A DNA stretch of 64,000 nt from Marsupella aquatica (GCA_973895155.1 OZ316894.1:15864699-15928698), one strand, 5' to 3'; counted from the stretch's first letter, positions 1 to 13,971 are shown. Program-made: numbers and translations. Notes: generated by a model not told the origin, from the letters alone.

Positions 1-175
1 AATGCTACAATTCGGGCAAGCCTTTCCGTCAAATGGCTAAAAGAAATCGGAATAAATGGAAGGTAAGAATTAAATGAAGTTAAAAGTGTGATGTTCGCTT
101 CAGTTCTGCGTTACCAAGTTTAGAAAGTAACCCTAAAAGTGCAAAACGTGAGAGCCAAAGATAACGCTTACGTAC

Positions 176-727
176 ATGGAGTTCTCGTTCGTATCCGAGT
201 CTAACAGCTGTTGATTCATGGCCAAGTTTGTCAAGGAGCAGAACTTTCTTTAAACCATACTGGCGAAGAATTCTTGTGAGACAAATGAATGAAACAGCTC
301 CCAAAGCCGATTCTGAGAAGTCGACAAGCTGCTGGAAAGGATGACTGTGATTGTAATCGCATTTCTCACAAGAAACGTACACCCAACTCAGCACAGGTAC
401 AATAAGGGTAAAGAATAGGAAAATAATCCATGAGCAAACGAGCCGTGTTGTTGTTGACTGATCGAGTGTCAAGAAGAACAAGTAGTTTTGAAATCGTTCA
501 AGCTCAACTACACTTGTCATCCTACTAGAGGAGAGTAGACTCCTATATATTCTTCGTACCACATTTAACCGAGGAGATCCTCCTGAACCCCGTAAACTCG
601 AAGCCTTCTCCTCTTGACCAGAAGATTCTCCGGGCAGAGATGTAGGTTTCAATTGATTCTCCTCGGGCCCTTCATTCTCCACCTGTTGTTCAGGGTCCGG
701 AGCCAACAACGGCTCGCCTGTCCCCAT
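176..727 (-). CDS. First coding exon of a plant DUF3537-type multi-pass membrane protein; the gene continues off the left edge
   Basis: Translation ELERFQNYLFFLTLDQS...SWIIFLFFTLIVPVLS...C..CD..HSHPFQQLV...LRQYGLKKVLLLDKL..ES..VRLGY resembles my recollection of DUF3537 proteins. The exon ends at a GTACGT donor at 175 (minus strand). Confidence 0.8.
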
Positions 728-2530
728 ATCCGATGCCTTTCTCCGTCCTATCTAGCTCAACCCTCCTTCAATTCAATCCCAAAGTGTTCAGGAGCTGTGG
801 TAGAAGTACGAAAACCTGCCTAAGTCTTCGACCATTTGAAACCGAGGGAACTTCTACATGTCAGAGTTTGAGCAAGCCCGGAGACAGAAACGGCGAATTC
901 TCCCAACCAGAATTTTGAGCAACGCACAGCATGCAGGTTGACTTCGTCAATGGTTCCAATTTTGTCCCCAGTGGCCAATGAATTCAATGATCCCATTCTT
1001 CGAAAGACGATCGATTGAGCACCAGAAATATCAGCTCAAGTTCTCACCAGCAACGCATTATATAATCAGCAAACTCCTCCTCCGCATTACGCAGCCCCTG
1101 ATATAAAAGGTTACGTGACTTTCCAAGACTTCATAGAGAGTACTCGTAACCCGTGTCCACTGTTCTCGTCTGCCACCTCTACGTGATGACTGACGAAATG
1201 TCTCGTCAACGAAGGACAAGTCGGGGACCGCAAGCGCACCATTTACCGTTCCTCCAGCCGACAGCTTCACGTAATTAATGATGACAGGGACCAGAACATT
1301 ATGAGTCACAATACCACGCAAGTACACACATACCCCGAACACGAGAGAGATGGGAAGGGAGGGAGGGACACAGGCTGCCCGTCACCCTGATGTGAATAAT
1401 ATTCAAGGAAATCCCTCCACGACACCGGTTACCACGTTCACATCACAAGTCCAAAGGTCGGTAGCGTGAGATTCCTGCTCTCTCGAGTCTTCAGAAGCAA
1501 CCTACGGTACATGCACGGCACATTGCGCACAAGAACGAAAATCCACGAAGACGGACGAAATGGCCACAAATCCCGGAGCAATTGTGCAGGCCTCAGGACG
1601 CCTATTCCCGGCCATGACGAGCAGCAGCAGCGGACCAGGAACAGAGCAGGTCCACTCCTACTAGTAGGTCAGAAGTATATACCGTCGAAGTAGAAGGTGG
1701 CCCAGATGAGGCACATGAAGCCGAAGCATACGCATCGCCTGTATCAGAGCAGCCACACCTTGCAACAACCGACCCATCTTTCTCTCTCTCTCTGGCGCGC
1801 TCTCTCGCTAATGGAATAAAAATCTCTCTCGCTTCGAAAGGAAAACCGGACGAAGAATGGGATACCGGGAAGAAAGAACACGAAAGAGAAACCAAACGGA
1901 ACAGGACTGATGTTCTAAAGCAACGCAATTCTCGAAGAGAGAGAATCCAAATGGCTTCAAGATCGCTGAAAGACAAGAGAAGAAACGGCTGCGGCAGCTT
2001 GTGTAATAAATTATTGATTTGGCACGAGAAGAAGAGAAGTGAAGAGAAGAGGTGGATTGATATTGAGCTGTGCGACGAGGGAGGCAGGGGGAGCAGGGAG
2101 GCAGGGGATCCGTCCCATCGACAAACTCCCAGAAACAGTCCACCAAAGGGCTTCAATCCTCAAAAATAGGGCGAACAAGGTCTGGTCAGAGCTTCCCACT
2201 AAACAGGCCCGTGACCCAAGGGGGTTAGGTCACATTAGGCTGAACAAAGTGGAAAAAAACAAAAAGAATGAAGTAAACACAAAAGACAAATCATTAAATG
2301 TTCCCCTCACCTCTTTCCTCTGCCTACCTTAAGCCATTATGATCTTGCCTGAATACAAATACTGTATGCAATACATTGGATTTTGTTTTGTTCCCTTTAG
2401 AACAAGGAAAACCGTATAGAAATCTAGTATTGCACTTCAGTATTTCAGTTCGTATGTATTTCTGACAAAAGTATCTTGGGGGCTTTTTTGGTGCCCCTAT
2501 CACATAGCTGAACATAGTTCAGCCCATAAC

Positions 2531-3077
2531 TACTGTAGTAGTATATGTGGAGTGAAGCTGGTCTAAGTGCAGCATGAATAAGTGCATTCCATGCATAAAT
2601 AATTCCCTAGCATTACAACCATAACCTTTGAAAATGCACCAAAAATACAGTGTGTGTAAAGTGCATATAGACCCTCAATATTGGCATTAACAGCCAAAAA
2701 TATAAATTCTTCTAATGTATGATTGCACATTTATCAGTTAGTGCAATGCATACATAAGAAGCATTTATTGATAAGTGCAGCAAACAACTACATAAAAGTA
2801 GTTTCATGCACTTATCTAGTTGAAATGTGCAATATGAGGGCTCCGGTATGAGAGGTCTGATGTGCGTGACCCAATAACACAACTGGGAAGTGCATAAGTG
2901 ATTTCCCATGCACTTAGTAGACAACGCAGACCATGCACATATGGAGAAATGCATAAATGAAATCCCGTGCACTTGTAGCATAGTAAATTTCATGGATAAG
3001 TGCTGGCTGGTGGTGTCTGCCCAGGAGCCTTGCACTTTAGACAAAGCTCACTTTGATCCACTCTATCTTACTAGTAA
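2531..3077. mobile_element. Degenerate pogo/Tc1-like MITE
   Basis: Imperfect inverted ends (AGTGAAGCTGGTCTAAGTGCA at ~2551 versus TGCACTTTAGACAAAGCTCACT at ~3031) resemble the TIR of the 7630-8605 element. About 10 internal TAAGTGCA-like motifs occur in both orientations. Confidence 0.4.
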
Positions 3078-4846
3078 AGTGCGAACTACAGCCTACTGTT
3101 CACAGCCTAGGGTGTAGAGTGAAGCCCCTAGACCGTAACTCTGGGGGCATAAGAAAATTGGGGGTGCGGGTGGAAAGTAAGGGTGAGCCAGTGTAAACTA
3201 ATAGGTTTTGGAAGGAGAAGCGGCACGGCGGATCTGGCTCTGTCACTTGGTAACACTATAATTGGCAATGGTACATGGAAAAGCAGGGAAGTGCACGCAT
3301 GTGAATGCAAACCAGGGAAGTCCAAGATCAGCTGCATGGTCGATTTGATCAATTCGCCGTTTGATTTTGCTTTGCCGTTTGATTTTGAATTTGTGTGAGT
3401 GGACTGTTATAAGGATTGATCGATGTTTTGCAGATTTGTCGGTAGCAGCATTTTCTCTCAACAAAAAGGCAAGGATAGCAATTAAGCTGCTGGAGATGTT
3501 GCGACTAGACGATGAGAGGCCGCTGCAGGACCAACTTCCTACGTAGCTCAGAACTTCCTCTGTAAGCTGGATAGGCTTTGAGACATCGAACTTGAACTTC
3601 GGCCTTGGAAAGGGTCCAACAAAGTGAAGTCGCTTATTTGTGCAGGGCTGATGAATGGCTTACTCTTTGCTGCTGCAAATGCTTCCAAGCACAACCACCA
3701 CCTCCAAGCAAAACCACTTAAACGGCGTGCTTTGAGCTTGGTTGCCTGGCCGTTTTCCTGTCTCTGATTTCCGCCTGCTCTTCATGGTAAGAGAGAGGTA
3801 ATGTCTGCTTTAACAGGATTTGAGTTCGCTGCAGGGATCCGGGAGGGACTCCATCTATTGGCCTTGAGTATAATTAAGTCCTGCTAGTGAATATAGGAGT
3901 AGCACATCTAGCCTTAAGCACACACTTGATATGATTAGACTAATTGAGGTAACATATAGTAATAAAATTAAGAAATCTGTGAAACAGTCAGCCACAACAT
4001 TTGAACTCAAGACATATGAGTCACTACTCAAGTGAGCTGCCACACAGCCATGCTTCTTTGGGCATGTTACTTAGTAACTCTATCCCTAGAGTAAGTATAT
4101 GCCCAACACTCACTGCACACAAACATGTTAGGACATATAGACCCAAGCACCCCATCCATAAACTTTGAAATATCAATCCCCGCCCCATGATGATGAAGCT
4201 TATATTTACTTCCCAGGGCTCCATCATTCAAGCAATTGGTCCCTTTCTTTGCCCTAGCTGTCCTTAAACAGGTTGTCCCCAATTAAGTCTACCCTTTCCA
4301 TGTTCAATTACAATAAATTACTAGCCCCGACTACCCGTTCTTTGAACTTGAATAGCGGAGAGTACAATAAAAGTGTTATCAATTATATTCTCTATTCATA
4401 TTCTTTGAAGGTTAATGAAATGGAAAAAAACACATCATGTAATAGTTATATACAATATACCATTGCCTTTGTATGGACATCCTTCTTTGTATGCACATAT
4501 GTTGTGGTGGGGCCATAGTGCCCATTTTTTGAATGTAAATACTTAGAAATTATCAACAAAAAAACTTGTGTGATTGTGCCAGTTGACATACATCATAGTC
4601 ATGAGTGTTTCTCATGCACATGATGGCCATGGAGTTATGGTCTAGAGGCTTCACTCTTGACCTAGCCTCTTCAAAGTAGACTTCAATTAGCGCTTTTATA
4701 GTAAGATTAATTGATTTGTAGTCAAGATTTTTTATCTCAACACTTTGAAACTGCAGTATTAAATTGTATGGGTAATCATTTCAATTTGAATTCACCTCCT
4801 TGTGGTCCTTGATTCTCAGTACGGTGATTAACAATTTACTTGCCAG

Positions 4847-7371
4847 AGAATAATGGGTTTGTGACCAAAAAATATGGGAGCTTTGGATCACGCCCTGATC
4901 ACGCCCCGGATCATGTGGTCTTAGATAGATTGCTTCTCTCACTGGTCTGAATACACTGTAAATAATGTGGTGATTTGCTGTCTACTTATAATCACCCACT
5001 GATATCTGAATGAACACTACTATGGCATTTGGTGTATATTGACATCAATTTAAATGCTCCTGACCAACACAAGGTTATATACATCATGAATTTTCCTTGG
5101 GAATTTATACATCATGAATTTTTAAATTTGCTTGTTACTTTGGGAAGCATTTTTTACTCTCCAGGTTTATCAAGAATTTATAGTAGGAGCCTGAGTTGAA
5201 GAGTTTGTCTAAGTAACAGTTCCAGTAAGTACTGTACCTCTTGGACAAGCTCTACATAAACTCAAATTCAAAGTAGACCTTAATGTTCAAGACTACTAAG
5301 TGGTGATTTCATTATAGCTGTCTTATTCAATTTATTGAAGGTCACTATTTGTGGAAGCCAAACAACTTGCCTCCAAAATCAGTTCACTGGGAATTTCTTG
5401 CAACAGCATAATTTTCTCAGTATTGAGCTGCTGTTGCAATGTAGTAGAGCATTATTTCAAGAATCAACTCAGTCAGTATCCACAAATATCTAAATCAATG
5501 TTCAATTAGAGTTCACATGCCAACTAGTGGCTGTCATTTCCTATTTTTTTCAACCTTGGAAAAGCACATCATATTTAAAGTTGACAGGATAAAGATGCAG
5601 GGAATTCAATGGTTGTTTTTCAGCTCCACTTTATAATCCATGGAGCTTAAGTAAGTGTCATTACCACAAAGTTGATGGGTGGGAATTTCAGATTATTTAC
5701 AGTCCTCATTGGAAAATGTATTATAGTGGTGCTTTTGTAATTAAATAGAGTCATAAAGCTCCATCATGAATGTCCTTGAACTTGCACTTTCATAGACTTT
5801 GGGATCCACATAGTATAAACTGTGGGCACAAAAGATGGTCGAGAATCATAAACTAGAAGCTAGATGGTTGATGCAAACAGCATATGAGCTTGTTCATATC
5901 AATCAACTAAACTACTTCATTACAGATTTTGGCCGACCTTGATCGTACAAACCATCAAGCCAATTTGATTATTGGCTTGCTTGTAATCTATGCTGCCCTC
6001 AATGCGCCATTGGGTGTTGGGGACCTGCTACGGTACATCCTTCACAATCTGTGGCCTTCCGTCCTCATGATACACAATCAAATAGTATTTGTGCTTTTGC
6101 ATCGTCATTTCCATATTGACATAATGATCTTTGCATCTAGCAGCACCTACCCCTGGCAAAAAACAAACAAACAAAATAGACAATGAGAATATCCTTTCAG
6201 CTGCCCATATATAGTAATATTCACATATCATGTAAACTGATTGTAACTAGTGAAAATGTATGAGGGCCACTTCAATTTGAAAAGGAATGAATGTTCTCAC
6301 ATGCAGATTTACCATAAAGTATTCTCCTAGTATTCTCCTAGTAGGCAAGTGCTAGAACATACTGACAATGAGTCTTACACAAACTTTCACATTATCTCAA
6401 CAGATTCCAATTGATCATATGGTCGGAATTATGGAATGAAATGAAGAATAGACACACATGCAACTTTCACATTATCTTACTTTCCAATCCATGTGATTGA
6501 AAATCATCAACATGCACAAGCCAAAAACCACCCAAAGATTATTAGTGTAAGATCTATTCAGGAGTATTCTAAGGGAAAAATATCAATTTTAGAGGTCAAG
6601 AGATGATCATAGCTTTATCCTTGGACATGTATGGTAATCCAACTGACTGCAATGATGTCTGAGATTCCTTGTCTAAACCTTAATTGATGTTACAATTAAA
6701 TTGGTTGTAGAGACCCTGCCAGAGTTTTAGTAAGTAACTGATGAAACAAATGAGATTTGTGGGCTTACAGTACGTGGGGAGATGGGAAAATGGATTGCTT
6801 GTGCCGCATTATCCTTGTACATATTCTTCCCAATGCTTGCACCAGGTGAGTTCAATCTCATATAGATTCCTGTACGTGGTCATCCCATAGCATGACCTCA
6901 GAGTGGTTTAGAGCTTACTACATTGTTGTCTTCATTGGAGTTAGCCATATATATGAAAAAGTAATGGATTACCCAAAAATAAAGAGATGCTTTATGTGAT
7001 TGAAACAAATATGACACATCTTGCTGGTAACTCAATGGCTGACATAGATACTATATCTGTTGACAAAAAGGAAAATGGACGATAACTTGAATTGTTCTTT
7101 GGGTTTCTTGCTACGCTTACAGAGGACTTGGACATACCGGCAGCATGGGGCACTCTTGGTTGCATCCACTCCAAAAGCATTGGTGCTGGAGCTCAGGAAA
7201 TCAAAAGTAGCAATGCTCATCAATGTGGCCATTGCAACCTATTTGTTCTATCAGCATGTACAAAATGGAGGCCTAAGAAAATGCATCACAGACAGACCTT
7301 CAATTCGTGTCACTATTGGCATAGTTCTCATGTTCATTGCTCCATTTCTTGAAGTATTTCGTACAGGGTAA
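4847..7371 (+). pseudogene. COR413: COR413/WCOR413 cold-acclimation membrane protein pseudogene
   Basis: Exon remnants: ~4847-4947 (GLR*IASLTGL), 5926-6032 (LDRTNHQANLIIGLLVIYAALNAP..LR), ~6771-6845 (RGEMGKWIACAALSLYIFFP) and 7121-7371 (DLDIPAAW/ALLV..P...YLFYQHVQNGGLR...TIGIVL). These follow the COR413 motif order LDRTNW..GE.GKWIA..FFP..HI...GG.R..T.GI.L. There is a TAG stop and there are frameshifts (an extra G at ~7147-7150; 4 extra nt at the ~6771 acceptor). Confidence 0.75.
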
Positions 7372-7629
7372 TTGAAATTCACCTGAATCGTATGAACATA
7401 ATGTTTAAGCCATCACAGTTGTCAGTAGCATTCCTCAACTTCAGTTACATTAACAAAAGCTTTTCCAACCAGTAATAATGAGCTTGGCCATGACATTGGC
7501 AGCAACTGTATTGACTAATATATTGACCTTGTCTCCTTACAGCAGAAGCTTGCAATCACCTTTGAGGTTCAAACTGTATTGAGAGACTAAAACCTACATC
7601 CTCCTTAATGTGCTTGAGCAATTGGACTG

Positions 7630-8605
7630 CAGTGAACTCTGGATAAACGCACCTTCTCGGGAAGACAGATATGGCGTGGACTAAACCAGGCGTTGCATGA
7701 CTTGATAAGTGCACATCCGGCTAAAAGTGCTGTAATAGATAAGTGTGCTTAATTTGGGATCCTTTGTTAAATGTGTAATTATCCAGGGTTTTGAATCCAT
7801 GCAACCAACCAGAGCTAAACTCGCAATCCTTGACAGCCGGTACTTTCTCCAAGAGTCGGGCTTGCAATCCCTTAGCTATCTCAACAATCAAATCCTCAGA
7901 AATTGTCACTCGAGATTCCTGGGCAGTGAGGAACCAACGATACAAGCTTTCTTCCAGATCTGGGCAAAGTGCACTACAATTTTGATTGACTTCATTTGCA
8001 GTCACATTGGAAAGCAATGAGAAAGATTTCTTCAAGATTCTACCAACAGTAGTTTGATTTACCTTAGCACCAAATGTTTATGAAGCCCATTCAACTAGAG
8101 CTTTGTTTGTGAGCTCTGGATGCTTTTGCTTGTGGCAACACATTTCTCTCTTCTGCTTGTGAGTTAGTGTTGTCACCTTCCTTTCCTCCATGTTGATTCC
8201 ACTTGACTACCCCAATGATTCACGAGCTACAGTACCACAAGCTACAGTGCGCAGCAGTGTTCACATGTGCTATGGACCCCGTAGTCAGCCTCCTACCTTG
8301 ATCCCTGCCCTAATTCTTTGCCCAAACTCCTTAAGTGCATTGTGTATTCTACTAATAATGGGCATGCCTTTATTGGTAAATGACATTTCTGGAGTTTATG
8401 CATTTACATATAAGCGCATTCAATCACTTATCCAGGGTAAGCGCTTAGAAAGTTGTCTTTTAGCGAAATGATTTTAGCCCTATGTGCGCTTAGAAAAAAT
8501 GCTTAAAAACCACTTATCCCGTGTAAAAAAAAAGGGAAGAACAAGATGGCATGCAATAATCCAGGGTAAGCATTTATGGAGTGTGCGTTTATCCAGAGTT
8601 CACTG
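7630..8605 (-). mobile_element. Internally deleted pogo/Tigger-like (Tc1/mariner superfamily) DNA transposon
   Basis: Perfect 23-bp TIRs CAGTGAACTCTGGATAAACGCAC (7630-7652 and 8583-8605). The right flank is TA and the left flank is TG (probably a mutated TA TSD). Subterminal TATCCAGGGTAAGC-like repeats are present. Confidence 0.9.
7721..8191 (-). pseudogene. pogo/CENP-B-type transposase N-terminal HTH domains; DDE domain deleted
   Basis: MEERKVTTLTHKQKREMC...LVEWAS*TFG..VNQTTVGRILK...CPDLEESLYRWF...ISEDLIVEIAK...FSSGWLHGFK is a CENP-B-like HTH plus Tc5 HTH signature, with one in-frame TAA. Confidence 0.85.
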
Positions 8606-9774
8606 TAGTTTACCAGCATGGTGCACATGTGGGAATCTATACATACAATACTAGCAGGAAGTCCATTTCTTTCCTTGCAATAATGTGTACCCAAAATAAA
8701 CATCTTTTTTTTGTGTGCCTTGAAACAGAAAGCTGACCCATCCAACAGAGGATAGACGATCAATTCCAGAGCATGCACCTCTGTAGGGTAGCCCACAAGG
8801 GGGGTCATACCCAGGACCAGGAGGGAGAGAGGGTTGGACCAGAACCCAAAGAAGATCAGCCAGGGCTGAACATAAACCAATACTCCCACCACTACACCCC
8901 ACCCACACACACACTCTTCTTACCCACTCATGACATGATGATATTTTGGACCGATCAACAGTGAGATGAACAAGCTGCATGCTTGGCCAAATCTTTGAGT
9001 ACCCATTCTGTTTAGAGAAGAAAGCAAAATAATATAACACTGGTAATAGCAAAGATAAAAAAGTATTCAATCATGCTATATCCATGTTTTAATCACATTT
9101 AAGTGGAGTCCATTCTCTGTGGACCATTTAGGTTTTCTGATAAAGAAAGGAGTTTTATCAACAAATCAAGTAATACACATATCACTTAAATAGTTTCAGT
9201 GTATCCAAACATGCTTGAACCTCTCATAGTGTTTTGTCAAATTTCTAGTATGACCATGCCATTGAGAAGAGAAGATTGAGTACCAATACTCCAAAGCTAA
9301 CCCTGAACTTTATTGTGGATAAACTAAAACACTTGTGTCCTAGAACTGGCCAGCTATAACAAAAATCTTGGGGGTCTCACTTTTTGTTTGTTTTTGGGGG
9401 GTCTCACTTTTGCGTAGGATTATTTATTGGTTCTAAGGGACTACTGGGAGCTTTTGTAATTAAGGAACACTAGGGTCCTTGAAATCCAGTGTTGAGACTT
9501 ATAAAAAAGGGGACTATTTTAAAACCAAAATTTGGAATATTCCAAGAAGATTCCAAATTAATTGGGAAAACTCAACATTTTCTTGCGTTTTAGGATGCCT
9601 AAGCCTTCAAAATGCCGCATGCAATTGGGCAAGATCTCCAATTAAAAAAAACCCGAATTTCTTCATGCACCATGGGTCGGAAAGAAAAAAAGCGAGGACC
9701 CTGCCTGGGCCTCTCAAACTACTAAGAATTAGTTACTAGTGGCCCCACACAGTCCAATTACAACCAGCACTCAT

Positions 9775-10450
9775 GAGTGATTAGACCGACATTTGTATTG
9801 TGTGGGGGGCGACATCACACTTCGCCTCCTCTCGGACTTGATAATACAGAACTGGACTGTGTTTCGCGAGAAACGATCTACATGTTTCAAAGTTCCACGG
9901 ATCTTCCGGTTTGTGTAAAGGTCAGCTAGATTTGGGGCGAATTGGCCTGGCTGGCTTCGATTCTGTGGTTTGTGCCGCCAGTGGGTTTCTTAGGGCGGAG
10001 CCCTCGTCCATTCCTCATGATGGTTTGTTTTCCTTCTGACATAACCATTTTCTTGCTTTGATATTCTGCTCTGAGGGATTCTGTTGGCCGAATCCGATGG
10101 CGTCACTAGTGTTGTAGGACGAGACTGTTCGTTTCAGGGTTCGGTTTAAGGTTTGATGCGTTCCTCTGTGTTACAACCGTTGGTACCGTCAAGAAAAGCT
10201 ATAGACTTCTTCGTCCTGTTCTTCTCCGTTCGTTAACACTCGTTCGGTGGTGCGATAGACGGGGAGAGTCACTTTTGTGTGAAGGAGACGAAGATTTATT
10301 TGGTTATTGTCACGTCTAACAGTTGGGGTCGTCCACCTGCAATTTTCCCCCAACACAACTCTGAAAGTATGTGTAATTTTCCAAAGTGATCTTGTTTGGT
10401 GTGAAAATCACTGCTACTACAGTTCAATGATATTCCGATAGTTGGGAGAC
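9775..10450 (+). repeat. Copy 1 of a ~680-bp dispersed duplication (putative 5' leader)
   Basis: Colinear similarity with 19893-20571, including GGGGCGACATCACA, GAATTGGCCTGGCTGGCTT, AGGGTTCGGTTTAAGGTTTGA and GTGAAAATCACTGCTACTACAGTT. Many small indels suggest it is non-coding. Confidence 0.9.
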
Positions 10451-10800
10451 ATTGCCACAATACTGCACACTTCCATCGTCGTCCATCGCCTATCATTCAC
10501 ACCACCCGCCCCTTCTGATTATGGTAGAGCTTGCCCATCTACCGATTGGTCTGCAAGGAGCAGAATTGTGGAACATTAGAGCGGGAATCTGACAAAAACC
10601 TATGACCTGTGGATTTGAGGTTTTTCGGCTGCCTCATTGGTAACGCTACTTCAAATGATTTTCGTAGTTTTGGTCCGAGGTTTGTTGTTGTCAATATTAC
10701 GGAGACGGCCGTTGTGGAGAGCATCTGGATGCCTGCCAGGGTTTCGCAGGTGACACTCCAACAAGGGATTTTTGGTCTCAAGCTTTGAACTGTCGTGCAG

Positions 10801-12540
10801 GCAACTCCTGGTGGACCACTAATCACCGTGGCAGATATGCTCCGGGATTTATCGGAGGACTTGTGTGAACAATTGGTTGTCGTTCCACCGTCTTCTCCAG
10901 GCTCAACTTCTGGAGTCCTGGCTGGGACGAAAGATCTCAAATCAGGTCTGCATTTCCTTTTGGGAGTTAATAGCTGAAAACCGAGCATTGTGGGGATCCG
11001 TGAACACGTATTGAAGATAAGAAATTGCCCAAAATTTAAGGGTACTTATGGGCCATGCATCTATGCATTTTGCTCGTCTGAAGTTGCCGGAATGGCGAGT
11101 GGTTTTCATGGGATTGTGTCTTGTGGTCCTCTGAATCTTTCCACATTTCGCAGAAAATCAAGGTAGGAAAGGTTTGGGGAAATATGGGCGACTTTGCGTT
11201 CGGGTATAGAAAGGGTTCCTTGCATTCGATTGGTTTTTGGTTTTGTTTTCCTTGTCAGTACGGTACCGTAGCTATTGATTGACCTACAATAAATGCTTGA
11301 GTGGATTTAGATATGAAGTGTAGAGGTTTTACGGTATTTGGTCTGGAGAGCAGAGGAAGTTGGTGGCTTAACGGGGGGAAATGAGGCGAGAGATTTTTTG
11401 GGGGTTTGAAAGATTCCTCAACATCAGCCTTATTTCCTTTGATTATATTCTCTTGGAGTAAACACTAGGATGTTACAAAGTTGAAATCTTTAGTGTTTGG
11501 TACCTCTAGTCTGAAAACGGTCTGCTCTTTGGCAGGATTTACTGAGGAAGATCTGCCTAAATCTTTTGAGGTAAGCTCAGCACTGGTGTGGCTGTGGATC
11601 GGCCTAACGTCCTGCAAGCAATTGTTGTTATACAATTCCCAGTTTCTGGTTATTTCCAAAAGTGATACCTGGGTTTCAGTAGGTCCTGAATAAAAATATG
11701 GATTGCTTGCTTTCGCATCTCGAAAGTGAGATCTTAGCAGGGTATCGGTACTCTGTTGAGTAGGAAATCAAACTCCAGACGATGAGCCTCGATAACTGAA
11801 GACTAATACGATAACTTGGGTTTAGCTCAATTCTCCTCCGAATGAGTTATATGCACAAGTCATGGACAGCACGGACCAACATCCTACTGAGCGAACAGTG
11901 TGCTTTGTTTTGTGGCGCAGCAAACTTACAAACAGCTGGATGCAGCATTGCAACAATCAGGGCATACGTGGACAGGACTCACACAAGAGGTAGTTTTTGG
12001 AACCTTGTGCTAAATATTGAATTGTCATGTCGTCCAATTCAGTTAAATCTTCGAAAATGTGAGGAATTATGTGACAGATGTAACACCCTGGCTGAAAAGA
12101 AGAAGCCTAGGAACAACTTTCCCCCCTCAGATTACTCCTTAAATTCATTATGACAAAGTAAACGTTGACGTGGTTATTTTCTTAACAGTTTTATATGGCC
12201 CTTGGCATGACTTCAATTCACTAGTTAGAGTGTATCTCTGCAAGTTGCGGACAGAGCACCAGTGTTTTATGTCAGAACTGCTTACTGTGGTCGATAGATT
12301 GCATAGTGCAATGGGCTTACACTTCACTTTGGTAATACGAGGTTGAATGTTTGCTGGTTGCAGTTATGTGCGGCCCTGACAACAGCAGACAAACTGGTTG
12401 CCACAGCGCACTCCAACCTTGGACAACTTACTCACGAAGTCAAGAGACTGGACGAATTAGTGGATCGAGGGCAAGTTGCAATGCTTAAGCTGCATTCTAC
12501 TCTTGGCTTGGATACCAACGTTCCACTCCCCAGTAGCTAG
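10801..12540 (+). CDS. Small plant protein of unknown function with a C-terminal coiled coil; start codon uncertain (possibly ATG 10602)
   Basis: Phase-compatible GT-AG exons 10801-10945, 11536-11570, 11921-11989 and 12364-12540 give ATPGGPLITVADMLRDL...FTEEDLPKSFEQTYKQLDAALQQSGHTWTGLTQELCAALTTADKLVATAHSNLGQLTHEVKRLDELVDRG. This resembles a conserved uncharacterised plant family as I recall it (WT.LT..LC.AL.TA.KLV...RG). Confidence 0.7.
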
Positions 12541-13971
12541 CATGTCCTATTTCAAAGAAGTCATGAATCTAGCCACTTGAAACGGGCCTCACGTGCTTCA
12601 GAGCTGCACCCAGATCTTGTAATTTATCAACTTAAGAGGTGACTTAGCCTCTGGTCGGCTAGAGAAGATTGAGGTGGACCATACAGGGCAGTCTTCAGTG
12701 AGCATTTCGTAAGAATGCTGGCCGATTTCGTCTTCAAACAAGATCGAGAGTCTTGTAGGAACGAAGAAGAGCATAATACGGCAGAAGACATGTCCAGGCA
12801 CGAAATTTCCTAGCCCAGGCACGTTGACATGAAAGCGAAAGTGACTATGATTGGATACGTTACTGGTCTCTTTCGAAAGGGCCTCGACTTCTTCTGTTGC
12901 TCGATTGAATGCTATCGCGAATTGACAGGAACAGATTAATTCTGAGAATTCTTCGTCGAGAACCCATCAAGAAATAGCTATGAAACAAGATCAGAGATCT
13001 GTATTTTGAAAATTTAAAGTGGCAGGCAATAAGATTCTACGGCGAGCCGTCTCGTTTCGTGATTCGAAGGCTGCCGCCTGATTCGAGATCTTTTTGAGGT
13101 ACCGCACGTAAGTCTGTTGTCACGTTGCTCCACATTCAGCCAAGCTACTGTATCTTGATGATGTCGGAAACTTGCAAAGACTGCTTACTTAGAATACTTG
13201 TCTGCCATCAAGAAGTGCTTGTCAGCCGTCAAGAAGCCAAGGCACCAATTGCAGACCCAGCTACCAAGTTCAGCATGTGCTGCATTTAGTGCGTGACTCA
13301 GTGTGGATGTGATTGCTTGCCATCTCAAGGCCGAATTAGTCACACATTCTCAAAGAAACCTGTTGATTGTAGATTCATCTCGCAAAACTTTTCTTGTAGC
13401 TCTTCCGGGAGCTCTTGTCATTCTCGACAGTGGTTCTGGCTGAGAAGAAGCGAATACACCTGCTCTTCTAGTGCCGGAGCCTTCAGGCCGGAGCCATGGA
13501 CGTTCAATGACGGATTCTAGAACAATTTGGGGAAAGACTAGCCTTAAACCCAACCGATGACAGAATCATCATGGAAGTATAAAACCGTGAAAACTCCAAA
13601 AATTCTCAAGAAGTGTCTCTGCATTGCATTGGAGGCCGAGGAAGAGGATGTAAATAGCTCTTTTTTTTTGCCTTGAAAAATGTAAATAGCTCTTGACATT
13701 TTCTCCTGCAACTCTTCTCTCTTCTCATCCTCAGACGCGCAGCGAGTTTTGACACTACAACGTAGGAGGGACGTGACAGTAAGCCCTTTCTCACACTCAC
13801 CCGCGGACCGTGTCAAAATAGCTCCTCGGTTTGGTTACTGGTTTGGTTATTGGTTTGTAACCAAACCAAACCACTTTGACAACACCCTTGACTGGTTTAT
13901 AACCAAAGCACTTCGATAGCGCCCTTGATGTAGTTAACTGTAACTCTTGTATGGCACTTCAATAGCGCCCT

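Noticed and set aside
1466-2332. Several overlapping ORFs of 60-184 aa
   Set aside because: Low-complexity CT/GA-rich sequence consistent with the long 5' UTR/promoter of the DUF3537 gene; no recognisable protein.
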